Assembly (NCBI GenBank): GCA_963815195.1
Contig: CAWFGE010000014.1
Coordinates: 64,001-128,000, forward strand
From: an uncultured Planctomycetaceae bacterium
Lineage (GTDB): Bacteria > Planctomycetota > Planctomycetia > Planctomycetales > Planctomycetaceae
DNA: 64,000 nt
Direction: 5' to 3'
In this document: positions 31,152 to 40,941 of the stretch, one piece after another
How positions within the stretch are numbered: the first letter of the stretch is position 1
Layout: each line of letters begins with the position of its first letter
Translations under genes and position numbers: made by a program
Notes under the pieces: generated by a model
Databases searched by the model: none
Seen by the model: only the letters and a program-made list of their open reading frames with translations
What the model was told of the DNA's origin: nothing

Positions 31152-32561
31152 TTGTTTGGATGCGCCATGGCCGTCACTTGGCTGAACCGATCATCTGCGG
31201 ACTTGACCCCGGCTGCCGCCTGCCAGCTTGTCGAGTGGCTCGGTCCCTTCGCGACTTGGTGTCTTCAGGCGGACACTTTAAACAAAGCCGCGGCCTCCTA
31301 CCGCCATCGCGGTGTGGCGGTCCTGGCCGAAGCGCTTGAGAAGCCGTGTGGACTGCCCCAGGAGCCGGGAACGTGCGGCGTTCTGTTCGTCCGCAAACGA
31401 AACGACTACCCCGGCCTGCGGGATGCCTTCGCCTGGCCGCTCCGATGGGTCGCCGAGGCGGAGCATGAACGAGTTCTCCCGGTAAAGTTACTGGCCGAGG
31501 CCGAGCGGGTTCGCGAGACGCTGATCCAGCAACTGGGTGATCTGTTGCCGACAGAGCGCTGGGGACTGCGGCCGGGGCTTGGCGGACCAGCCGACTGGCC
31601 TGACCTCCGGCACATGGACGTTTCCTGTGACTCGGCCTGGGTCCCGCTGGCGGGCGGTCTCCTCGCCGCGTCTCTGGAGGGACAGGTCGACCGCACAGTC
31701 TGGGCCACAGGAGCCTGGCAGGGCGGCATCGCAGCGGTCGGCTTTCTGCCGGACAAGCTCCGGGAAGCCGTCCGCCTGGCCGTACAGCGCGTGTTTGTGC
31801 CGACACAAAATCTCGACGAAGCCCATCAACTGGTCGAATCACACAACCTCGACCTGTCGATCGGGGAGTTGCGGCACGACAAACCTCAAGCGGCCGAAGC
31901 GCTCGGGCAATTCCTGGAGGAGTTTTCTGTCCTGCCGCCCCGCATCCCCGACGATGCGGAGAATTTCGAGCGACGTTGCCGCGCGTATCTCCGTCATCCA
32001 CGCGCGGAGAGAGCCCGCGACTATTATCTTTCGGACCTGCTGCCGGACCTCGCCGACCAAAAGATTCGCGGTCCTCTTGCGACAGTCTGGCCGGATTGGC
32101 ATCCCGATCTGCTGGTGGCTGTGGTCAGCGGCGGGTGGGAGCTGATCCCGCTTCTCTCCGAGGCTCTCCGGCCGCAGCGATGTCTGCTGGTCTACACCGA
32201 GGGGGAGAAAGAAATGCTGAAGGCCACCGACCGGGTGGAAGCAGAGCTCAAATTGCAAGACATCCCGGTCGACCGCATCTCGTTCGACGACGCCGACACG
32301 CTGGTCGCCGAGTTGCCGGAAGCATTGCCGGTCACGCTCGAATCGTCCGATCCCGAGGGCGTGTTGCTGGATCTCACGCTCGGAACGAAACTGATGACTC
32401 TGGCCGTCGACCATGCCGTCCAGCCAGGCCATCGCCTGATCTACATTCAGAGCCGGCCAGGGGCGGGCCGGCGAAGCGATCCCGCTTCCCTCTGCCCGTG
32501 GACGACGCAAGTCCGCCCGGATGGCACCCGCCCCCCCCTGACGCTGGCACGGCCCTCGTGA
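31152..32561 (+). CDS. Lon-family (S16) serine protease fused to a C-terminal CARF domain
   Basis: VSCDSAWVPLAGGLLAA..VWATGAW..VGFLPDKLREA..VFVPTQN matches the Lon Ser-Lys dyad pattern (41 aa apart). CARF: LVAVVSGGWELI..LRPQRCLLVYT..LLDLTLGTKLMTLA..LIYI. Confidence 0.8.
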   Translation: MFGCAMAVTWLNRSSADLTPAAACQLVEWLGPFATWCLQADTLNKAAASYRHRGVAVLAEALEKPCGLPQEPGTCGVLFVRKRNDYPGLRDAFAWPLRWVAEAEHERVLPVKLLAEAERVRETLIQQLGDLLPTERWGLRPGLGGPADWPDLRHMDVSCDSAWVPLAGGLLAASLEGQVDRTVWATGAWQGGIAAVGFLPDKLREAVRLAVQRVFVPTQNLDEAHQLVESHNLDLSIGELRHDKPQAAEALGQFLEEFSVLPPRIPDDAENFERRCRAYLRHPRAERARDYYLSDLLPDLADQKIRGPLATVWPDWHPDLLVAVVSGGWELIPLLSEALRPQRCLLVYTEGEKEMLKATDRVEAELKLQDIPVDRISFDDADTLVAELPEALPVTLESSDPEGVLLDLTLGTKLMTLAVDHAVQPGHRLIYIQSRPGAGRRSDPASLCPWTTQVRPDGTRPPLTLARPS

Positions 32562-32679
32562 CAAATCGTCGCGGATGACGGTCGAACGCCATCGTAGAAC
32601 CGGTTTGCATTGCTTCCTGCAGGCGACGACCCTCTGGCGCCCCACTTTTCACGAAAATCCCGGCTTGGCTTTCCGTTCG

Positions 32680-32706
32680 TGTCCCTTTCTGCGGCTGGGG
32701 TGCGTA
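32680..32706 (+). promoter_or_regulatory. Putative ECF-sigma promoter of cas2-cas1-RT
   Basis: TGTCCCTT-N15-CGTA. Confidence 0.65.
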
Positions 32707-32814
32707 TTCCCGGAGGACGCGGTGATCGAGCATGTCTATTCCACCAAAACGCCCGTCAGACGAGGCATTCCTTCCACCAGCAGCCCCGCCGTCTTGACAG
32801 AGGAGACGTTCTTC

Positions 32815-33090
32815 ATGCACTGGATTATCGCCTACGACATCCATGCCGACCGTCGCCGCGCCCGCGTCGCCCGCCGACTGGAACGCGCCGGACTTCGGGT
32901 ACAGCAGTCGGTGTTCCTGGTCGAAGAATCCAGTCCGCAAATCCACGACCTGTTGCACGAGCTGTCTCGCCTGATCGCGAAGTCAACGGACCGGGTAGCG
33001 GCATGGCCGTTGCAGGCAAACTGGATTGCCGCGTTTGAGGAGGTCGGTCTGTCGTCCGGCCCCGTCCACGAGCCCACCGTCATCTGGTGA
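32815..33090 (+). CDS. cas2: CRISPR-associated Cas2
   Basis: WIIAYDI..RRARVARRLERAGLRVQQSVF; gaggag RBS. Confidence 0.93.
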   Translation: MHWIIAYDIHADRRRARVARRLERAGLRVQQSVFLVEESSPQIHDLLHELSRLIAKSTDRVAAWPLQANWIAAFEEVGLSSGPVHEPTVIW

Positions 33091-33163
33091 AAACATGCCG
33101 CAACGAAACCACGACCCTTCCAAAACCCCAACTTCACGCCGCCGGGCGGCCGGTTCCAAGACG

Positions 33164-34120
33164 ATGGCCGAGACCGTGCATTTAGTGGGTCCTGGCGTGC
33201 TCCGGGTCCGTAACCGGATGCCGTGCTGGGAACCGATCGACGGCGAAGCGTTGCTGTTGCATCCGGAGCGGCTCCAGACCCTCCTGCTCCACGGTTCGGT
33301 GGATCTGACCGGGGCGGCCTTACGGGCGCTGTGGGGGCACGGGGTCCAGGTCAGTTTTCTGAGCGTCGAAAGCCACCGCTTATTGGGACGCATCAACCCA
33401 CCAGCGGCGCGGGCCGGGGCGCTGGCGTTTTGGCAACACCAGGCTGCCTGTGATGCCGCGTTTGCGTTGGAGCAGGCGAGGCGCCTCGTGCGGGAGAAGC
33501 TCGAAAGCATCGAGCGGGTCGCCGCCCATCTCCGACGTCACGGCCACGCCGAGGCCTCCGATCTCCGCCATTTAATCGGCGCGGATCTGCGGCAGGTCGA
33601 CCGGGCCACCTCGCTGGAAAGCCTCCGCGGTATCGAAGGCGCCTCGTCCGCCCGCTGGCACCGTCTGCTCCGCACGTCGTTTCCGAGGCACCTGCCCTAC
33701 CCGGGGCGGAAGGCCCATCCGCCGACCGATCCGGTCAATGCCCTGCTCTCGCTCGGTTACACCTTTCTGTTGGGCCGGACCCAGACCTTGATCGACGCGA
33801 TTGGTCTCGACCCCTTGGTCGGCGTCTATCACCAACTGCGTTCCGGACGGCCCGCCCTGGCCTGCGATCTGATCGAGCCGTTCCGCGTGCCGGTCGTGGA
33901 CCAGATGGTGCTCGCCCAGATCCGGCAGCGATTCTTCCTCAAACATCATTTCCACGAAACGTTGCAGGGCGTCCGGCTCCAGCAGTCGGACTTTCGGCGA
34001 TTCCTCGAGGCCTTCGAGCAGCGACTGACTGAAACCCAAGACGGGCAGACCTTGCGCGACCACATCGAAAGTCGGGTGGAGCAATTCGCCCGCGAGGTAC
34101 GAAGCCACGCGAAGCAGTGA
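33164..34120 (+). CDS. cas1: CRISPR-associated endonuclease Cas1
   Basis: LRGIEGASS, PPTDPVNALLSLGY, GLDPLVGVYH, ALACDLIEPFR. Confidence 0.93.
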   Translation: MAETVHLVGPGVLRVRNRMPCWEPIDGEALLLHPERLQTLLLHGSVDLTGAALRALWGHGVQVSFLSVESHRLLGRINPPAARAGALAFWQHQAACDAAFALEQARRLVREKLESIERVAAHLRRHGHAEASDLRHLIGADLRQVDRATSLESLRGIEGASSARWHRLLRTSFPRHLPYPGRKAHPPTDPVNALLSLGYTFLLGRTQTLIDAIGLDPLVGVYHQLRSGRPALACDLIEPFRVPVVDQMVLAQIRQRFFLKHHFHETLQGVRLQQSDFRRFLEAFEQRLTETQDGQTLRDHIESRVEQFAREVRSHAKQ

Positions 34121-35427
34121 GACGACTGAAAAAGCGAACCAGCGACACCGCTGGATGCAGGTCATTCCGCAGACCGGTCGGAAGGGACAGTCATGGCAGC
34201 CATCGAGCGAAGAGTGTGGGCTATGCGGCGATCTGCGACGTCGAGATCCTCCGGGAGGCTTGGCATGCGACGCGACGGGGCGGGTCGGCTCCCGGTGTTG
34301 ACGGGCAAACCCTTGCCGAGTTCGAGGCTGACGTCGAGCAACGGTTACGGAAGCTGGCAAATGATCTCCGCAACCGGCGCTATTGCCCCTCACCCTTTCG
34401 CCGATCGTTTTTGAGAAAAACCGGCGGCGGCCATCGCCCACTCGCAATTCCTACCATTCGGGACCGCATCGTTCAGCAGGCCATCCGTCAAGTGCTTGAA
34501 CGCGTTCTCGAACCAAACTTTGCGGCCTCCAGCTTTGCTTACCGTCCCAACCTGGGCGTCGAGCAGGCAATGGATCGGTTGCTTAAGCAGTTGCACCGCG
34601 GGCACACCTGGGTGCTGGAGTCGGACGTGGAGAACTTCTTCGATTCGATTCATCTTCAGACCCTTTGGGACCGTCTGGGGAACGTCGTTGCCGATCGTGA
34701 GTTGCTCGACTTGGTGCGCACCTCACTCACTGCCGGTGTGGCGGGAACACGGACCGTCCGAAAATCCTTCCAGCCTCGCTGTGGCCTGCCCCAAGGCAGC
34801 CCCCTTTCGCCATTGCTGTCCAATTTCTACCTGACACCCTTCGACCGGGTGTTGGAGAAACAAGGCTACGCGCTGACGCGCTACGCGGACGACCTGGTCG
34901 TGAGCTGCCCCGATCGTCGGCAGGCAGCGCGAGCCCGAGAGGACGTGACCGCCGCGCTCCGATCGTTGCGGCTCCGAGTCAGCGTGCCGAAGACCCGAAT
35001 CATCAATGCCCGGTGGGAGTCGTTCGAGTTCCTGGGGTTCCTGCGACACCCGCGCTACCTCTGGCCCTCGCCCGCCAAGGTCACTCAGTTCGAGACCTGG
35101 ATCAAGCAGGTCACCGAACCGCCGGCACGCACTTCGGTCGACAGTCTAATCAAGGAGTTGAATCCACCTCTACGGAGTTTCGGTTATTATTATCGCCGCT
35201 GCGATGTAGGCCGCTTGTTCCGACGGTTCGACCGAATCGTTTGCCGCCGCCTTACGCAGCTTGCGCGGTCGATCGAAAACAGGACGCCGCGAACAGGGTC
35301 CGGTTGGGCCGGGCGCGGGCTCGTATCCTTGACGTCAATAAGGGATGGACGTGATCCGCATCCCCCGGACGGAAGAGACGGTTATGGCGGCCCGATTGTC
35401 CCTTGCGGGAACCGCACTTCCCCCTGA
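34117..35427 (+). CDS. Stand-alone CRISPR-associated reverse transcriptase (group II intron-like)
   Basis: APGVDG, RPLAIPTIRDRIVQQA, SFAYRP, SDVENFFDSI, GLPQGSPLSPLLSNFYL, RYADD, FLGF; start overlaps the cas1 stop; leader follows. Confidence 0.9.
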   Translation: MRRLKKRTSDTAGCRSFRRPVGRDSHGSHRAKSVGYAAICDVEILREAWHATRRGGSAPGVDGQTLAEFEADVEQRLRKLANDLRNRRYCPSPFRRSFLRKTGGGHRPLAIPTIRDRIVQQAIRQVLERVLEPNFAASSFAYRPNLGVEQAMDRLLKQLHRGHTWVLESDVENFFDSIHLQTLWDRLGNVVADRELLDLVRTSLTAGVAGTRTVRKSFQPRCGLPQGSPLSPLLSNFYLTPFDRVLEKQGYALTRYADDLVVSCPDRRQAARAREDVTAALRSLRLRVSVPKTRIINARWESFEFLGFLRHPRYLWPSPAKVTQFETWIKQVTEPPARTSVDSLIKELNPPLRSFGYYYRRCDVGRLFRRFDRIVCRRLTQLARSIENRTPRTGSGWAGRGLVSLTSIRDGRDPHPPDGRDGYGGPIVPCGNRTSP

Positions 35428-35715
35428 CCGTGAGAAATCGACGCGAAAGAATCCGGAAAATGCTTGCAATCCGTCGGAGGATCCGGACAATCACTTACGC
35501 CCGCTCAAAACAGGTCCACCTCACACTTTCTCATAAAATTGGGAGGAGGGTGGACCTTGCTGTTTCGTTGACGCAAATCCAAAGGCATTTGCAGATTACA
35601 CCCAACCAACCTTACCAATTGGAGGTTACATTTAACGAATGGAAACGAGTGTGAGACGCCAGGGTGGCCAAAACGCGTCCTAACCCCACACCCAGAAACA
35701 GCATAGGCGAGAGCG
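35428..35715 (+). promoter_or_regulatory. CRISPR leader
   Basis: Lower-GC non-coding stretch between RT and the first repeat; contains an aggtccacc...ggtggacct inverted repeat. Confidence 0.75.
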
Positions 35716-38700
35716 GTCTCAACGAACGCCCCCACTTCGAGGGGATTGAAACGGGAGCAGTCGGTGCAGCGGGAGCAGTCGGAGCAGTGTCTCAACGAAC
35801 GCCCCCACTTCGAGGGGATTGAAACAGCGAGTCCGTCTTGGACCCGCCGCCCGCCCCCCCTGTCTCAACGAACGCCCCCACTTCGAGGGGATTGAAACGT
35901 AAACGCCTGAGCGAACACGAGACCGATGTTTTCGTCTCAACGAACGCCCCCACTTCGAGGGGATTGAAACGCTACGATGAGCCACTCACCGCGAGGCTGG
36001 TCAGGTCTCAACGAACGCCCCCACTTCGAGGGGATTGAAACTCGGGCTGGTGGAAGACGTCGAAGAGGAGCTTCCTGCGTCTCAACGAACGCCCCCACTT
36101 CGAGGGGATTGAAACTCCTCGCGCGATCGGCTGCAGTAAACGGTCTGGAAGTCGTCTCAACGAACGCCCCCACTTCGAGGGGATTGAAACCCGCGTTCGC
36201 GTCCGTCACGATAAAGTCAGTCGCGTCTCAACGAACGCCCCCACTTCGAGGGGATTGAAACAATGGCCCCGCAGACGCACGGCGTTGGACATTTAGCGTC
36301 TCAACGAACGCCCCCACTTCGAGGGGATTGAAACGGGGGGGGACTGCGTGCATTCGCGTGTCCGCCGAATGTCTCAACGAACGCCCCCACTTCGAGGGGA
36401 TTGAAACGCTGATGTCCTTCGCAAAGTCTCCCAGGAGGCCCCGTCTCAACGAACGCCCCCACTTCGAGGGGATTGAAACCCGGCTCAATTTCGCTTCAAT
36501 GCCTTCATTTGATAGAGTCTCAACGAACGCCCCCACTTCGAGGGGATTGAAACGTGGCATGTTTGAGCCAAGAGCCTCTCGCTCTATCGTCTCAACGAAC
36601 GCCCCCACTTCGAGGGGATTGAAACAACCCTCGCAATTGCCCAAGTATCCCAGACATCACCGTCTCAACGAACGCCCCCACTTCGAGGGGATTGAAACCG
36701 TGCCAGCATCGTCCCAGTTGACCCGCATGTCGCGTCTCAACGAACGCCCCCACTTCGAGGGGATTGAAACCGGTGGTGCTGTCGGGGGTCGGCATGATGT
36801 TGGCCATGTCTCAACGAACGCCCCCACTTCGAGGGGATTGAAACAATTGCGGCAACAGCCTTTTGGTGGTCCCGTGCGGATTGTCTCAACGAACGTCCCC
36901 ACTTCGAGGGGATTGAAACCAGACCCAGGGTCCGACGCCAATAATTTACGCGTCTCAACGAACGCCCCCACTTCGAGGGGATTGAAACCTTGAGCAACTG
37001 GATGAGTTCATCCGTGGAAAGAACGTCTCAACGAACGCCCCCACTTCGAGGGGATTGAAACTAGAGCATTGCAAGCCTGACCCAGTGTGATGGTTTTGTC
37101 TCAACGAACGCCCCCACTTCGAGGGGATTGAAACTCCATTCAGGAATGTGCTGACAAGTCGGCATTTTCTGGTCTCAACGAACGCCCCCACTTCGAGGGG
37201 ATTGAAACTAGAGTTCAAGCTCTTCGCTAACCCGTGAGCCCCAGTCGTCTCAACGAACGCCCCCACTTCGAGGGGATTGAAACAAGCTGGTGCAGCACCT
37301 GCCGCAGAGGCTCGATTATGGTCTCAACGAACGCCCCCACTTCGAGGGGATTGAAACGTCGAGGCGATCAGTGCGGGTCATCTTGCACACGAACCGTCTC
37401 AACGAACGCCCCCACTTCGAGGGGATTGAAACCATACACGGCAATGAACGTAAACAGCAGAATGCCGAGTCTCAACGAACGCCCCCACTTCGAGGGGATT
37501 GAAACCGAACAGTTATGCACCCGCTTACGCGAGTTATAACAAGTCTCAACGAACGCCCCCACTTCGAGGGGATTGAAACGAGAAATCCATGCGGTCACCG
37601 GCATCAGCATCGTCGCGTCTCAACGAACGCCCCCACTTCGAGGGGATTGAAACTATCAATTCGTGCATTTGTCATGGCAATTCTCCCCTCGCGTCTCAAC
37701 GAACGCCCCCACTTCGAGGGGATTGAAACGGAGAGCGTGATTGTGACGACTGCCCCGGAATAGTTCACGTCTCAACGAACGCCCCCGCTTCGAGGGGATT
37801 GAAACAAGAGAAGATTCTTCCCACAACTGTCGACATAGGTCGGCGTCTCAACGAACGCCCCCACTTCGAGGGGATTGAAACGACGGTCAGCCATTGGTCC
37901 GGGTCGCCGGGGTCGCGTCTCAACGAACGCCCCCACTTCGAGGGGATTGAAACACGATCGAAGAGTCTGACGTGCTGACGAACGTGGAATCGGGTCTCAA
38001 CGAACGCCCCCACTTCGAGGGGATTGAAACTCTAACTTATCCTCTATAGTAACTTGTGTATAAGGTCTCAACGAACGCCCCCACTTCGAGGGGATTGAAA
38101 CGGCGGGTTTTTTTTACGCCCACACGCCCCACAACGCGTCTCAACGAACGCCCCCACTTCGAGGGGATTGAAACATTCAGTGGGGCGGTCCGTGGACATC
38201 CCCAGGCGTCCCGTCTCAACGAACGCCCCCACTTCGAGGGGATTGAAACTTGATTGACTGCGGAGACGACGCCGGGGTCGTTGCGTCTCAACGAACGCCC
38301 CCACTTCGAGGGGATTGAAACAATACTGGCTCTGGGAATGTCACAAGAGGAATCAACGTCTCAACGAACGCCCCCACTTCGAGGGGATTGAAACCTGGGG
38401 GGGACTGTGTAGTGCATTCGCGTGTCCGCCGAAGTCTCAACGAACGCCCCCACTTCGAGGGGATTGAAACCTTTCGCAACCTTCCTTAGAAGGGAGACCG
38501 CCCCAGTCCGTCTCAACGAACGCCCCCACTTCGAGGGGATTGAAACAAGTCCCGCATCGGAGGGTTCCGGCGGGGTTCTCTCGTCTCAACGAACGCCCCC
38601 ACTTCGAGGGGATTGAAACACGACAGGCGGGCAGTCCCAGAGATGGGCCACGTCCAGTCTCAACGAACGCCCCCACTTCGAGGGGATTGAAACATTTGTC

Positions 38701-39361
38701 TCCAAAGTTTCGCATTGGCATTTTTGTCTCGTCTCAACGAACGCCCCCACTTCGAGGGGATTGAAACGCGTCGCCAGACGCCGCGCACCGAACAGGGGCA
38801 CAAAATCGTCTCAACGAACGCCCCCACTTCGAGGGGATTGAAATGTTGTTGCTGTCGATTATCCAGCCGGACTTTTCTCGTCTCAACGAACGCCCCCACT
38901 TCGAGGGGATTGAAACGTCCCGGGGCGACCCCGTAGAGCGTGGAACGACTCGTCTCAACGAACGCCCCCACTTCGAGGGGATTGAAACAATTGCGGCAAC
39001 AGCCTTTTGGTGAGCCTGTGCAAATGTCTCAACGAACGCCCCCACTTCGAGGGGATTGAAACTTCAGGTCGGCGTGGCTCGGTGGGGAGGCTGTGTAGTG
39101 GTCTCAACGAACGCCCCCACTTCGAGGGGATTGAAACAGTCTTCGAGTCCGTCTCGTTGAGGGGGTCCTCTAGTCTCAACGAACGCCCCCACTTCGAGGG
39201 GATTGAAACGTCTTCGTTATCTGCAAATGCTGATAAGAAGGCCAAAGTCTCAACGAACGCCCCCACTTCGAGGGGATTGAAACGTGATATTCAGTTGATC
39301 GGCAAGGTTCGGCCCGTCAATCTCGTCTCAACGAACGCCTCCACTTCGAGGGGATTGACGG
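35716..39361 (+). CRISPR. CRISPR array, 50 repeats / 49 spacers (manual count), repeat GTCTCAACGAACGCCCCCACTTCGAGGGGATTGAAAC (37 nt)
   Basis: Regular 37-nt repeats with ~32-41-nt spacers; 3' ATTGAAAC handle; CCCC/GGGG stem; degenerate last repeat at 39325. Confidence 0.99.
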
Positions 39362-39472
39362 CAGGTCGCCCAGTCAGCGGCTGACCTCATGTCGCTAATC
39401 CGCGTCCATCCTGCCAACTTCTGTCTCTCCGGACTACAGGGCATCGCGACTAGGAAAATTCTTCCGCGCTCC

Positions 39473-39499
39473 TGTCACTCAATCGTCGGCCGTTGCGTA
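39473..39499 (+). promoter_or_regulatory. Putative ECF-sigma promoter of the LemA-like gene
   Basis: TGTCACTC-N15-CGTA. Confidence 0.7.
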
Positions 39500-39546
39500 G
39501 AGCCTATAGAGTTTTCCCGTGCAATCGCATGAGCCGGAGGTGTGAG

Positions 39547-40090
39547 ATGGCGTCCAATGACCTGGTGAACCTGCTCTGGGCTAGTTTCTTGCCGTTGAGC
39601 GTGCTCCTTTTCGTGGCCGCCCTCGTCGGTTTCTATGCGTGGCAGCTCCACACGGAGCTTAACGCCCGCCTGGAACGCCTCAAGGCCCTAGCGGCAGATG
39701 TGCGGTGTGCACGCGAGCGTCGGCGCCGTGGACCGCTCGGGCCAAAAGCACGCGAGCCAGCGAGGGGGTCGCGGGCTCAAAATCAATGCCGACATGTGGC
39801 CGGACCCGCGGGGGGCGGCAACCCACGAACGGGCCTTCGATGCCGCTCTTGAGGCGCAGGCCGGCGAACAGGCCGTTCGGGAGCGGCTGCATCGTGAGGC
39901 GGCCGAGTACAACGCGCGTCTTCGGTCGTTTCCCGCGCTGCTGTTCGTCAGGTGGCTGGACTTTCGGCCTTGGCAATTCCGTCAGCCCCACGCAAACCAC
40001 CGCAGACCTCGCGGGCATGGCAGTCGGACTGGAGCCGGCCGGGCACGGAGGAGGTCGCCGAGCAAACCCCGCCGCCGGGGATTTTCGTAA
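39547..40090 (+). CDS. LemA-like membrane-anchored protein (frameshift ~39730)
   Basis: N-terminal TM helix, RERRR, WPDPRG, EYNARLRSFPALLFVRWLDF resemble the LemA pattern. Confidence 0.65.
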
Positions 40091-40150
40091 TCGCGACGCG
40101 AGGGCTCAGAGAAGTCGAATCAGAATTGCTTGCCATATTTTTCGCGTTCA

Positions 40151-40177
40151 TGTCACTCGACCACGCTAGGTCCCGTA
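40151..40177 (+). promoter_or_regulatory. Putative ECF-sigma promoter
   Basis: TGTCACTC-N15-CGTA, ~50 nt upstream of ATG 40229. Confidence 0.7.
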
Positions 40178-40228
40178 ACTACTACCAGACACTTGACAAG
40201 ACGGTCCCGACACCTGAAGGAAGAAACC

Positions 40229-40837
40229 ATGCCTGCTGCCAAACACGGCACCCACAAGACTTCGCTGCCCCGGACCCTTGGCTGCCCGGAGTGCGGCGGT
40301 CGCATGAACCATAGCGGTCGTGGCCGAGCCCCGGGTTCTGCCTTTTACTTCTGCGCCGCGTGCCCGGCGTCGAAGCAAGGCAAGGAACTGTGGCTCGGAC
40401 GGGTGATCCGCACCGGCGCAAAGGGGTTCGGTTTCCTCAGCCTCGATGGCCTGCCGGCCGTGGACGCGGTCCACTTCCGCCACTTGGATGTGGTGTCGCC
40501 CACCGGATCCGCCGACCCGCTCCAACGCGACGACCGGGTGCTGGTCCTGCTCGCCACGGACCCACAGCGTGCCCGCCGCGTATGGAAACTCCGCCGGCCA
40601 GAGAGCAACGGCCGGGCGAACACCAACGGCCAGGGTGACCGCCATCGCGGAATCATCACACGAGTGGTCGACCCCGCCTATGGGTTTCTCACTGAGATCG
40701 GTAGCGGCGAGGATTACTTCGTCCACTGTAGCCAACTCGCGGAAGGGATCCGCTGGGAAGCAGGCGAGAAGGTGACATTCCGACCGGTCCGCACGGTCAA
40801 GGGGACGCAGGCCCACGAGGTTCGCCGTGAGACCTAA
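40229..40837 (+). CDS. Zn-ribbon + two cold-shock (OB-fold) domains
   Basis: CPECGGRM..FYFCAACP; KGFGFL..VHF; YGFL..DYFVHCSQL..GEKVTF..KGTQAHEV. Confidence 0.75.
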   Translation: MPAAKHGTHKTSLPRTLGCPECGGRMNHSGRGRAPGSAFYFCAACPASKQGKELWLGRVIRTGAKGFGFLSLDGLPAVDAVHFRHLDVVSPTGSADPLQRDDRVLVLLATDPQRARRVWKLRRPESNGRANTNGQGDRHRGIITRVVDPAYGFLTEIGSGEDYFVHCSQLAEGIRWEAGEKVTFRPVRTVKGTQAHEVRRET

Positions 40838-40878
40838 GGGGGACAGGGCGGGTATCTCCCCTCCAAGATGTCCCGACG

Positions 40879-40905
40879 TCTCACCCTGTGGTGAGCCTGT
40901 TCGTA
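40879..40905 (+). promoter_or_regulatory. Variant ECF-sigma promoter
   Basis: TCTCACCC-N15-CGTA, 36 nt upstream of ATG 40942. Confidence 0.5.
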
Positions 40906-40941
40906 TCAAACTATCACTGCTGTCGCAAAGGGAGTCTGACC

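Noticed and set aside
27222..31200. cas6, sigma and anti-sigma as true pseudogenes
   Set aside because: Single-base frameshifts occur throughout the window (adhesin, istA, prim-pol, terminase, LemA-like) without in-frame nonsense decay, which favours sequencing indels. Read polishing is needed to confirm.
31152..32561. Calling this gene calpL
   Set aside because: The sensor has CARF motifs (DLTLGTKLM), not SAVED, so the symbol is not justified.
34117..35427. RT as a group II intron, retron or DGR
   Set aside because: It is coupled to cas1 and abuts the leader; I saw no room for intron RNA domains, no msr-msd and no TR/VR pair.
35428..35715. Sigma promoter motif in the CRISPR leader
   Set aside because: No CGTA with a matching -35 element found on either strand.
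35716..39361. Self-targeting of the neighbouring prophage or adhesin by spacers
   Set aside because: No match found by eye (e.g. spacer 30 only loosely resembles the PKD repeat). Not exhaustive; a BLAST is needed.
35505..39384. Many ORFs with repeated peptides (VSIPSKWGRSLR, LNERPHFEGIET)
   Set aside because: They are translations of the CRISPR repeat.
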